From assembly GCA_963737655.1 (NCBI GenBank), contig CAVTTN010000002.1, forward strand, positions 3,360,001 through 3,424,000: a DNA stretch of 64,000 nucleotides. Reading direction: 5' to 3'. Below are positions 8,979-18,630 of this stretch, piece by piece. This DNA comes from an uncultured Planctomycetota bacterium (lineage in GTDB: Bacteria; Planctomycetota; Planctomycetia; Isosphaerales; Isosphaeraceae). Numbering within the stretch: the first letter of the stretch is position 1; each line of letters starts with the position of its first letter. The notes below the pieces were generated by a model that was not told where the DNA came from, did not search any database, and worked only from the letters and a program-made list of their open reading frames with translations. A program made the translations under genes and the position numbers.

Positions 8979-10669
8979 CGCATCGTCTCCAGGAGGCGGG
9001 CGAGATCGACCAGCGCCTCGGCCGCAAGCGCATGGTCGGTCGCGGACAGGACCTCGACCCGGGCGGACGGTTCCAGCCGAGTGATCCGGTCACCAATCGC
9101 CCGGGATCGGCACGCGATCATCGGGGCGAGGCGGAGGATCTCGGTCAGCGCATCATCGGGCGGGATCGTCTCGCGATTCACGAGCGTGACCGGCCCCGGG
9201 TGCGATCCGAGGACCTCGATCAACGGTGCAAACGTCGTCATTTGATCCACAACATGGACCACCGGCGGGTTGCCCAGGACCGGCCGGAGCCGGGTGAGGA
9301 GCGACGATTCCCGCCAGCCCGCCCTGAGCGGAAGGGGCGGCAGGGTCGCGGCCGAGTCGGTTCTCAGGAACGCGAGCACGTCGTTTCGGCCGGTCAAGGC
9401 GCGCACGAATCGGGCCGACTCGGCGTCGTATCCCGGCTCTCGGGGCGAGGGGTAGACGACCACCGCCACGCGGTCGGGGGCCGGTCGCATCGGCCGGATC
9501 GGCGCGGAGTCGAGGGCCTCGCGAAGCCGCCGGGCCGAATCGTCCCACGAGAACGTCAGGGCCTGTTCGCGCGATCGGACCCGCATCGCCGAAAGCCGTT
9601 GGGGGTCGTCGAGCAACGCGGCGATCGTCGCCGCCCAGGCCGATGGGTCGTCGGTCGGCGCGACGATTCCCGCGGTGCCCACCACCTCCGGCTGGGACGA
9701 GTTGTCGGCCGCAACGACCGGGGCCCCGCAGCTCATCGCCTCCAGGATGGGGAGGCCGAATCCCTCGTACCGAGACGGAGAGAGGAACAGCGAGCAGCGT
9801 CGGCAGAGCGCGCGTACCGACTCGTCGGTCGCCGGCCCGGTCGTGAGGACCCGGCCGCTCAGCCCGAGCCGCTCGATCGTCTCGTCGAGGACGGCGCGAA
9901 ACCAGGCGTTTTTCCCGAAGGTGAGCACCAGCGGATATGTCCAACGAATCGTTTCGGGGAGCAAGGCGTAAGCCTCGACGCATCCCAGCACGTTCTTGCG
10001 CCAATCGACGTTTCCGAGGTAGTACAGGAACGATTGGGGGATCGCGAGGGACTCCAGGAGGAGGTCGTCGGCCCGGCGTTCGTCGTCGTTGGAGGCGGGA
10101 CGGAAGAAAACGGGATCGGAGGCGGCCCGGATGTTGACGATCCGCCGTTTCGAGATGCCCAGATGTTCGTGAACGTCGTGTCCGGTCGCCCGGGAATTGG
10201 CGAGGATCAGGTCGTAGGCTCCGAGGCGTCGGAGGTCGTTCGCGTACTCGGCGGCGAGCCCGGGGGCGTCGAGATAGTGGCGGGGAAAGAGGGCCGGGAT
10301 CAGGTCGTGGACCAGAGCCGCCAGCCTCGGGCCGCCGGGGACGGGCTCGGGCAGGGCGAAGCCGCGACGCTCCACCAGCGGGTTCGGGATCAGGAGCCAG
10401 TCGAGCCGGTGGGGATTCGCCTGGACGATCGCCTGGAGAGAGCCGTCGGCCGATCGGAACGGGTCCGGCGCGACATCCGCCCAGGCGGTGCGACGCTGAC
10501 TCGTCGTCGGCCAGTCGAGTGGGAGGTCGGGGCGTCGGTAGAAGACGAATTCGTCGTCGGTGGCCGATTGGGAGAGGAGGGCGTGGAGGAGCGATTCGGC
10601 ATAACGGCCGATGCCGCGACCCCGGCAGCTCGGGGCCTGGATCGCCCAGAGATCCACGCCGATCCTCAT
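8966..10669 (-). CDS. GT4 glycosyltransferase, WbdA-like N-terminal domain with reduced second domain
   Basis: MRIGVDL..Q....RGIGRY, HDLIP, RKN, YEGFGLPILEAM. Confidence 0.9.
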   Translation of the reverse strand: MRIGVDLWAIQAPSCRGRGIGRYAESLLHALLSQSATDDEFVFYRRPDLPLDWPTTSQRRTAWADVAPDPFRSADGSLQAIVQANPHRLDWLLIPNPLVERRGFALPEPVPGGPRLAALVHDLIPALFPRHYLDAPGLAAEYANDLRRLGAYDLILANSRATGHDVHEHLGISKRRIVNIRAASDPVFFRPASNDDERRADDLLLESLAIPQSFLYYLGNVDWRKNVLGCVEAYALLPETIRWTYPLVLTFGKNAWFRAVLDETIERLGLSGRVLTTGPATDESVRALCRRCSLFLSPSRYEGFGLPILEAMSCGAPVVAADNSSQPEVVGTAGIVAPTDDPSAWAATIAALLDDPQRLSAMRVRSREQALTFSWDDSARRLREALDSAPIRPMRPAPDRVAVVVYPSPREPGYDAESARFVRALTGRNDVLAFLRTDSAATLPPLPLRAGWRESSLLTRLRPVLGNPPVVHVVDQMTTFAPLIEVLGSHPGPVTLVNRETIPPDDALTEILRLAPMIACRSRAIGDRITRLEPSARVEVLSATDHALAAEALVDLARLLETMRCPG

Positions 10670-10956
10670 GGCCGGTCGGCCCCCGAAGCGTCGAGCTCCG
10701 CCTCCTCCGACCGCTCCTTTAGCAGGAACCGGGGATTTCGAGAAGGCCGATCAGGCAGAGTCTAGCGTTGCGAATCGAATCGTGTATACTTGCAGCCTGT
10801 TTCACCGCATCCCGATGCCGATGTCGGTTGTCGGGAGGGGTCGAGACGCCCGGCCCACCGTGCGAGGTGGGTCATTTCCCGTCACCGAGCGGCTTTCGAG
10901 AACGTCTCTCCCAGCCGTCGGGCCGTCGGGCGCCTTCCCCCCCATCGAGGTCCACC

Positions 10957-13141
10957 ATGATCCGCAATCGCCTGTTCGGTCGTTCGCCTGAGGCCCGGCC
11001 CGCACGTCTCCGGGGGCGTCGGGCTGTTTTCGGGGTCGAAGGGCTGGAGACCCGCGACCTGATGGCCACCCTGTACGTGGCCACGAGCGGCTCGGACTCC
11101 AACGCCGGGACGTCCCCGAGCGCGCCGTACCACTCGATCCAGGCCGCCGTCACGGCCGCCAGCTCGGGCGACGAGATCCGCGTGGCGGCGGGGACGTACT
11201 CCTACGACCCGAGCGCCGACAAGTACGGCCCGAACAAGCAGTTCAGCTACGCCGGCACCCTGGCCGTGAAGTCGGTGGTGGACGTATTGAACAAGGAGCT
11301 GACGATCCGGGGCGGGTTCACGGCGAGCAACTTCAACACGTCGGACCCGGTGAACAACCCGACGATCATCGACGGCGGGGGCCAGAATCGCGGCGTGTTC
11401 GTCGTGGCGCAGAGCACCTCCGGGACGTCGCTGGACCTCGAAGGCTTCACGATCCAGAACGCGCTGGCCCAGGGGATCTCCAACCGGGGCGGGGCGGACG
11501 CCGTCTACGCCTTCGGCGGCGGCCTGTTCGCCGACATGGGCTCGGACCAGAACGACTCGGCCCCGTGGGTCCTCAAGAACCTGGTCTTCGCCAACGACCA
11601 GGCGGTCTCCGGCGGCACGTATCAGGGAGACGGCGGCCGGGCGGCCGGCGGGGCGGTGGCGTTCCGCTACGTCAAGAACGCGACGATGTCCAACGTCGTC
11701 TTCAGCGGCAATCAGGCCGTCGGCAACGGCGGGGGCGCGGCCGGAGGCGGCGCTGGGCGGGGCGGTGCACCTCGACCACTCCAACCTCACCGGCGACGAC
11801 CTCACGTTCACCAACAATACCGCCCAGGCCGGCAACAACACCACCGGATCGGGCACCGGGCAGAACGGCGAGACCGCCGACGCTCTCGGGGGCGCCCTGG
11901 CCGTCCAGTTCAGCAGCACGGTGAACCTGACCCACATCACCGCCACGGGCAACCGCGCCGTCGGCGGCAATTCCTCGGGGACGGCCGGGGGCGCGTTCGG
12001 CGGGGCGTTCTATGCCGAGGGCACCGGCTCGGACGTCTCCCTGAACCTCACCGGAGCCTACCTCCAGGGCAACACCGCGCAGAGCGGCAGCGGGGCCAGC
12101 GCCGGGATCGCCGGCGGAGGCGCGATCCAGACCCACAACGCCTCGCTGGCCCTGACCAACTCCCGGGTCGTCGCCAACACCGCGAAGAGCGGCAGCTCGA
12201 CCGGCTCGACCGGCGGGACGGCCAACGGCGGCGGCATCTTCCTCTCGGTCTTCACCGGCTCGGCCTCGAACACGATCACCAACTCGGTGATCGCCGACAA
12301 CGCCACGGTCCTCGGCTCGGGCGGGGACGCCGGCGGAGGCGGCGGCGGGATCTACATGCAGAGCGTCTCGGCGACCCTCTCGCAGGACACCATCGACGGC
12401 AACCGGATCGACGCCCGCCAGGCCGTCGGCCAGGGCATCCTCGTCGTCAACGCCTCCACGATCGCCCTGAACAGCAGCATCCTCTCGAACCACACCGCCA
12501 CCGGCACCTCCGGCGCCATCGACGTCCTTCCCGGCGGCACGTTCACCATCAACAAGCTCCTGAGCTTCAATAATGCCGCCCTGCTGGGCGTGAACACGAA
12601 GACCGGCGTGAGCGGTCAGGGCACCGTGGTGAGCGTCTCGGCCACGACGGCCGTGCCGAACATCTACCTCTCCCCCGGCACGCCGAACTGGGACTACCGG
12701 ATCAGCCCGACCGCCAACCTGCCGACGACCGCCGCCGGCCTGGGGAGCACGGAAGTCCCGAAGGTGGACGACTCGGCCCAGGCGTCCTCCTCGGTCGTCA
12801 ATCTCCCGCCCGGCTCGACGGCCTCGGGCTTCTCCGCGTCGCTCGCGCAGACCTTGCAGACGAACAAGGGGATCGTCGGCGTGGTCCTCCAGTACAACGC
12901 CGCGATCTCGGCGAAGCTGGCCAAGAATGCCAAGGCGTACAAGCTCATCAAGATCTCCGGCAAGAAGCTGCCGAAGGTCGGCAAGGTCGTCTTCAACGCC
13001 GGCTCCAACGTCGTGACGATCAAGTTCACGGGACCGATCAAGGCCGGATCGTCGGCCGCCCTCGTCCTCAACCCGGCCAGGCTGACCGACGGCACCGGCC
13101 GCGCCCTGAGCGGCGGGACGAGCTTCACGATCTCGGCATGA
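10957..13141 (+). CDS. Secreted Gly/Ser/Thr/Asn-rich beta-helix protein with planctomycete export motif (frameshift near 11730-11765)
   Basis: EGLETRDLMA motif, YVATSGSD..SIQAAV, repeated N.A.GG..GGA units; reading continues in ORF 11765-13141. Confidence 0.8.
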
Positions 13142-13154
13142 GATCCGGGACATG

Positions 13155-13192
13155 CCCCCTCGCCCGGCTCGGGCCGGGCCCGGACGAGGGGG
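13155..13192 (+). terminator. GC-rich stem-loop after the secreted-protein gene (no U-tract)
   Basis: GCCCCCTCG...CGAGGGGGC arms just downstream of the stop. Confidence 0.4.
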
Positions 13193-13222
13193 CAGTCGGC
13201 TTCGTCCCCGACGATTCCCGCG

Positions 13223-13251
13223 TTGACGTTCGGGGGCCTCGCGGCTAACCT
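13223..13251 (+). promoter_or_regulatory. sigma70-type promoter
   Basis: TTGACG-17 nt-TAACCT upstream of ATG 13287. Confidence 0.55.
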
Positions 13252-13286
13252 CCCGCCGGAACGATCCGGCAGGGAGGCCGCTGGGG

Positions 13287-15725
13287 ATGAGGATTGGACT
13301 CGATGCGCTCGGGATGCAGTCGCCCGACCACTCGCGGAGGGGGATCGGGCGCTATGCTCGCCATCTGGTCTCGGCCATGGCGAACGCCCCCGGCGATCAC
13401 CGCCTGATCCTCTACGCCCACGACGGCCTGCCGACCGACCTCCTCCCCGCCGATTCCCCGTCGATCGATCGCCGGACGCTGGCGCCCGACCCCGATCGGG
13501 CCGAGCGGACCGCCTCGGCGCGAGTGGATCGCCTCGTCCGGGAGAATCCCGACCAGCTCGACGCCTTCCTCGTCCTCAGCCCGTTCGAGGCGAGGCTCGC
13601 CTACGACCCTCCGGCGCCTCCCCGCGAAGGCCCGGCGATGGCGGCGGTCGTTTATGACCTGATTCCACTGATCTTCCCCGAGGTCCACCTCGCGAGGGGA
13701 CGGCGGGGGCCGTGGTACGACCGCTGCTTGCGGACGGTCTCACGCTACGACGCCCTGTTGACCATCTCCGAGGCCACTCGCGCCGATTGCCTCGCGAAGC
13801 TGGGGCTTCCCGACGACCGCGTGACCCGCATCGGCACCGCCAGCGACCCCGAATTCTTCTTCCCGGCTCCCGCGGACGCCGAATCCGACGCGGTCCTGAG
13901 AGGACTCGGCGTCGATCGCCCGTTCGTCCTGTGCGTCGGCGGGCTCGACCCGAGGAAGAACCTCTGGGGCCTGATCGAGGCGTTCGGCAAGCTGCCGGAA
14001 TCGCTCCGATCGACCCATCAACTGGTCCTCACGTTCGAGCTTTTCGGCGACGACGAGCCCCGGCTCCTCAAATATGCCGGGGAACGGGGCGTGCCGATCG
14101 TCCTGACCGACGAGGTGGACGACTCGACCTTGCGGACCCTCTATCGCCGCTGCGAGGCGCTGGCGTTCCCCTCGCAGTATGAGGGGTTCGGCCTGCCGAT
14201 CCTGGAGGCGATGCTCTGCGGATCGGCCGTGATCGCGGCGGGCAACTCGGCCCAGCCCGAGGCGGCCGGCGACGCGGCCCTCTATGTGAATGCGGCCGAG
14301 CCCGGCGACATCGCCGACAAGATCGCCCGGTTCCTCACGAGCCCCGACCTGGCCGGATCGCTGAGGGCGAAGGCCGTCGATCAGGCCCGACGCTTCTCCT
14401 GGGCGAAAACCGCCGGGACGGCGATCGAGGCCCTGGAAGCCGCCGTCGAGGCGAAGACTTGGACCGTCCGGCGGGCCCGTTCGCCTCGCCCGAGAATCGC
14501 GTTCTTCTCGCCATTCCCGCCCGCCCGTTCGGGCGTCTCGGACTACTCGCAATCGTTGATCGAGGAATTGAGCAAGTTTTATCTCATCGATCGGTATTCA
14601 GCGCCGAACTCGGTGGACGATCCGGCGTGGCACGTCGATGGTTCGTCCTCGGCCGACGCCCGCGTGTTCGAGAAAGTCTCGCCCGCCCGCGACTATCGCG
14701 GCGTCGTCTATCAAATGGGCAATTCCTGGTATCATCGCTTCCTGTATCCGATGCTGCTGAAATACCCCGGCGTGACCACGCTCCACGACTTCTGCCTGGC
14801 GGGATTCCACCTCGGTTACGGCGGGTCGATCGGGCGTCGTCGCGAGCATTTCGCCGAGGAACTCGCCCATGCCTCGCCCGAGGCTTCGGGCGATCTGCTG
14901 GCCTTCCACGACGCCCATTTCGACGACCCCGAGCGGATCATCGCCGAGGCCGCGAGGCTCCGCGCCTACCTGAATCGCCGGGTCTTCGAGCGATCGCGAC
15001 GGGTGATCGTCCATTCGCCCTGGTGCGTGGCGAGGCTCGAAGAGCGCTGGCCCCACCTGGCGGGCAAGGCCGTGGTCGTGCCGATGGGCTCGCGGGTCCG
15101 CCCGCTCGATTCGGCACGAAAGACGGCCATTCGCGCGAGGTTCGATCTCGATCCCGGGGCCTTGATCGTCGCCGCATTCGGCTTCGTCCACCCGGACAAG
15201 ATGAACGAGGAAGCGGCGATCGCGTTCGAGGCCGTCGCCCGGTCGGTCCCGTCGGCCGTCCTGCTCTTCGTGGGCCAGGAGGCCGACGGCGGTGCGGTCA
15301 GGCGGAGGGTCGAGGAGGCGGGCCTGAACCCTCGCGTCCGGTTCCTCGGTCGGCAGACGGCCGCCGATTTCGCCGACCTGGCCGCCGTCACGGACATCGG
15401 CCTGAACCTCCGCAGGCCGCCGACCAACGGCGAGACCTCGGCCGCCCTGCTGGACCTGCTCCGCCACGGAGTCGCCACGCTGGTGACCGACGTGGCCACG
15501 TTCTCCGACTATCCCGATTCGGTCGTCCTCAAGGTGAAGTGGGACGCCGAGGGGCAGGACGGCCTGACCCGGCGGATGCTCGAACTCGCCGAGAATCCGG
15601 GTCTTCGCAACCGGATCGGCCGGGCCGCGGCGGGGCGTGTCGCGGCCGAACATGACTGGTCGCGGGTGGCCGAAAAGTATGTGGACGTGATCGAATCTTG
15701 CCGGGCCCATGCGAGGGCCTCGTGA
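13287..15725 (+). CDS. Two-domain GT4 glycosyltransferase, WbdA-like
   Basis: RGIGRY, YDLIP, YEGFGLPILEAM; second domain FSPFPPARSGVSDYS, YQMGNS, GETSAALL. Confidence 0.9.
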   Translation: MRIGLDALGMQSPDHSRRGIGRYARHLVSAMANAPGDHRLILYAHDGLPTDLLPADSPSIDRRTLAPDPDRAERTASARVDRLVRENPDQLDAFLVLSPFEARLAYDPPAPPREGPAMAAVVYDLIPLIFPEVHLARGRRGPWYDRCLRTVSRYDALLTISEATRADCLAKLGLPDDRVTRIGTASDPEFFFPAPADAESDAVLRGLGVDRPFVLCVGGLDPRKNLWGLIEAFGKLPESLRSTHQLVLTFELFGDDEPRLLKYAGERGVPIVLTDEVDDSTLRTLYRRCEALAFPSQYEGFGLPILEAMLCGSAVIAAGNSAQPEAAGDAALYVNAAEPGDIADKIARFLTSPDLAGSLRAKAVDQARRFSWAKTAGTAIEALEAAVEAKTWTVRRARSPRPRIAFFSPFPPARSGVSDYSQSLIEELSKFYLIDRYSAPNSVDDPAWHVDGSSSADARVFEKVSPARDYRGVVYQMGNSWYHRFLYPMLLKYPGVTTLHDFCLAGFHLGYGGSIGRRREHFAEELAHASPEASGDLLAFHDAHFDDPERIIAEAARLRAYLNRRVFERSRRVIVHSPWCVARLEERWPHLAGKAVVVPMGSRVRPLDSARKTAIRARFDLDPGALIVAAFGFVHPDKMNEEAAIAFEAVARSVPSAVLLFVGQEADGGAVRRRVEEAGLNPRVRFLGRQTAADFADLAAVTDIGLNLRRPPTNGETSAALLDLLRHGVATLVTDVATFSDYPDSVVLKVKWDAEGQDGLTRRMLELAENPGLRNRIGRAAAGRVAAEHDWSRVAEKYVDVIESCRAHARAS

Positions 15726-15747
15726 GGACGACGGGCAAGGAGAGCCG

Positions 15748-16047
15748 ATGAAGCGCGTGGCCAAGGCCCTGTTGAAGCCCCTGTGGAAAGCGACCGGGCC
15801 GGTCCGCCGGCCGATCTCGGCGAGGGTCGAGCGCTACCTCCGGCGGTGCCTGACCGTCCCGCCCCCGCCGCCGACGGACACGCTCGACGAGGTCGTCGTC
15901 GCCCTCGATTTCGTGGTTCGAGAGCTCGTCCGGCTCCAGGACGACGTGGATCGGCTCCGCTCGGCGATCGAGGAACGGAATGAGGCGGGCGGCGGGATCT
16001 CGGTCCTCGCGCGGTTGCCTCGCGAGGGGCGAAACCGGGCCGGTTAA
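15748..16047 (+). CDS. Small amphipathic/coiled-coil protein (GT partner 3)
   Basis: AGGAG RBS; KALLKPLWKATGPVRRPI and RELVRLQ; paralog of 8589-8978. Confidence 0.78.
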   Translation: MKRVAKALLKPLWKATGPVRRPISARVERYLRRCLTVPPPPPTDTLDEVVVALDFVVRELVRLQDDVDRLRSAIEERNEAGGGISVLARLPREGRNRAG

Positions 16048-16163
16048 CGCGTTCCCGACGGATCGCTCGCGGCTTCGGCCGCTTATTCCCCCATTCCGGG
16101 CCAGACGGTTCATCAACGCCTCAACCCGCCGGGTGCTCGGCGAGCCGAAGAGGACCGCATCCG

Positions 16164-18425
16164 ATGCCGGAAGACCTCGCGACCGACACGCCGGACGGAT
16201 CGCCGCGCCTCCGCGCCCGAGACCTCCTCGCCGTGTCCCTGGTTTTCCTCGCGTGCGCCCTGATCGCCTCGTATCCGCTCGTCTGGCATCTCTCCACGAA
16301 GATCGTGGGGTCGTTGCACGATCCTTTGCAACACCTGTGGATCATGAGGTGGTATCGGACGTGCCTGCTCGAAGGCCGATCGCCGGTGATCTGCCCGGAG
16401 TTGCAGTATCCCACGGGCGCGCCTCTCGGGCTGTTCTCGCCCCTGCATCTCCAGTCGATGCTGTTCATCCCGCTGTCCCTGGCGACGGGCAACGACGTCC
16501 TGAGCTTCAACCTCGTCTGGCTCGCGGCGATGACGACCACCGGCCTCGGGACGTTCGTCCTGACGTTCCAGGCGGTGCGAAATAGGCCCTGCGCCGCGTT
16601 CGCCGGGATGCTCGCGATGTACTCGACGCCGATGCTCCTGCATGGCCGGGCCCACCTCGAACTGATCACGCTCGGCGGGTTCCCGCTGTTCCTGGCCGCC
16701 TGGATGCGGTTCGTCGATCGGCCGAGCCGGCGGGCGATGATCGCCGCGGCCGGACTCTTCGTCATCGTGGCGCTGAGCGCGGCGTATTACGTCGTGTTCG
16801 CCACGATCCCCGCCGCGATGTACGTCTTGTGGAGGGCCTCGGGGGAAGGCCGAGGGGCCGTCCTCTGGATCGCGACGCGAATCCGGCCGCTCGCCGGGTT
16901 CGCGATGATCTCCCTGCCCTTGCTCGTCCTGACGTTCTGGAATCACATCTGGGCGCACGCTCATGGATACGCCTCGGAACGCTCATTGGCCGAGTTCGAC
17001 GCCTACAATGCCCCTCCCTGGACGTTCGTCACGCCGACGGTGATGCACCGGCTCGGGGCGTTCCTGCCGGCGGACGTCTATGCGGCGGCGGGCCTGAAGC
17101 AGACGATGGGGGAACGGGCGTCGTACCTCGGCGTGGTCACGGCGGGTCTGGTTTTCCTGGCGGCGTGGCGTCGCGAGCGGTTCGCCCGTCGCGGGTTCCT
17201 CTGGCTGGCTCTCGGCTCGTTCGTGGTCCTGGCCTGGGGCAGCTCGATCAAGGCCGGATCGTGGGAAATCGGCCTTCCGAGCGGCTGGTTGAGGCGTCAC
17301 GCGCCGCTGTTCCCGATGCTTCGCGTCCCCGCGCGGTTCAACCTGTTCGTCGGCGTCGTCGCGGCGGTGATCGCGGCGGCCGGCTTGAAGGGCTTGCTCG
17401 CGAGATTGTCGCGAAACTCCCTCCGGGTCGTCGTCTATCTCGGCCTGGTGGCCGCGGCGATGGCCGATTTGCTGCTGTTCCCGTTCCCGGTCGAGACCGT
17501 CCCTCCGATCCCGCCCGGGTATCGCGAGATCCTCGCCCGAGACCCGTCGGCCGCGTTCGTCGAGGTCCCGCAATACCCCTCGACGGGTTCGCCGCTCTAT
17601 TCCGCGGCCGGGTTCTGGCAATCCATCCACCGAGGCAGGACCAACGCCGGCTACAGCGGCAACGGCAACACGCCGATGGACGCCCTGGTCACCTACAACT
17701 CGCCGTTCTTCGTGGTGAGGTTCGAAGATCCCGCGTTCCTCGCCGACCCGGGATGGACGTCGATCGACATCGTCGGGGGCGCGGACTTCCTCGATTACGC
17801 CTGGCTCTACCTCCAGCAAAATGGCTATCGATACATCGTCGTCCACCGATGGGAAGGCTACGCCGACGGCTATCCTAGGAAGCTCGACCGGCTCGCGGCC
17901 CTCCTCGAACCGGCCAGGACTTACGAAGATGCCCAAATGACGATCTACGATCGCGACCGCCTGCCGAAGCCTGATGGCCCGGCGATCCTCACGGCCGAGG
18001 GCTGGCGGGTGGCGGTCCAGGGCCGATCGATCCGGGCGGTGGGGAAGACGTCGAAGCTCGCGGTGTTCTCGCCCGACGCCTCAAGGCCGGTCACCATCGC
18101 GCTGAACGCCTCGGCCTTCCGCTCGCCGAAGACGGCCCGGCTCGTTTCGGAAGGCCGGGAACTCGCACGATGGACGATCGTCCCCGATCGCGAGTTCCGA
18201 ACGTATCGGACCCCGCCGATCTTCCTCCCCGAAGGGATTTCCTCGCTGAGCCTGGAATGCGACGCCGAGGAAACGCCCAAAAAGCATTACGAATACGCGC
18301 AAGAGACCGATTCCCGGCCCTACAGCCTGAGGGTTGCCGGCCTGACGATCTCCAGCGAAACGGACCGGCCCGAGCCGCCGACCCGGCAGGTCGCCGCGCA
18401 GCCGAGGCCGCATGTCAGTCGATGA
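16164..18425 (+). CDS. Multi-pass membrane protein, GT-C/YfhO-like, with periplasmic C-terminal domain
   Basis: About 10-12 TM segments, D..Q.LW after TM1, YLG, RVPARF, NAGYSG. Confidence 0.7.
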   Translation: MPEDLATDTPDGSPRLRARDLLAVSLVFLACALIASYPLVWHLSTKIVGSLHDPLQHLWIMRWYRTCLLEGRSPVICPELQYPTGAPLGLFSPLHLQSMLFIPLSLATGNDVLSFNLVWLAAMTTTGLGTFVLTFQAVRNRPCAAFAGMLAMYSTPMLLHGRAHLELITLGGFPLFLAAWMRFVDRPSRRAMIAAAGLFVIVALSAAYYVVFATIPAAMYVLWRASGEGRGAVLWIATRIRPLAGFAMISLPLLVLTFWNHIWAHAHGYASERSLAEFDAYNAPPWTFVTPTVMHRLGAFLPADVYAAAGLKQTMGERASYLGVVTAGLVFLAAWRRERFARRGFLWLALGSFVVLAWGSSIKAGSWEIGLPSGWLRRHAPLFPMLRVPARFNLFVGVVAAVIAAAGLKGLLARLSRNSLRVVVYLGLVAAAMADLLLFPFPVETVPPIPPGYREILARDPSAAFVEVPQYPSTGSPLYSAAGFWQSIHRGRTNAGYSGNGNTPMDALVTYNSPFFVVRFEDPAFLADPGWTSIDIVGGADFLDYAWLYLQQNGYRYIVVHRWEGYADGYPRKLDRLAALLEPARTYEDAQMTIYDRDRLPKPDGPAILTAEGWRVAVQGRSIRAVGKTSKLAVFSPDASRPVTIALNASAFRSPKTARLVSEGRELARWTIVPDREFRTYRTPPIFLPEGISSLSLECDAEETPKKHYEYAQETDSRPYSLRVAGLTISSETDRPEPPTRQVAAQPRPHVSR

Positions 18426-18482
18426 AGAATCCGGTTCACGATCGGAAGGCGCAGGCCCTCTTTGGCGTGGGCCCTCTTTCTG

Positions 18483-18539
18483 GTAGGGCAGGCCTCGGCC
18501 TGCCGATCCGCGAAGACGGCAGGCCGAGGCCTGCCCTAC
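18483..18539. repeat. REP doublet, family B
   Basis: GTAGGGCAGGCCTCGGCCTGCC ... GGCAGGCCGAGGCCTGCCCTAC between convergent genes. Confidence 0.9.
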
Positions 18540-18630
18540 GGGGATGCAATCGGCGCGGGACCTGCCTCCGCCCGTTGTTGCCGGGGCGCCGGGACGACGC
18601 GATCACGGTTCCGGACAGCCGCCCGAAAGC

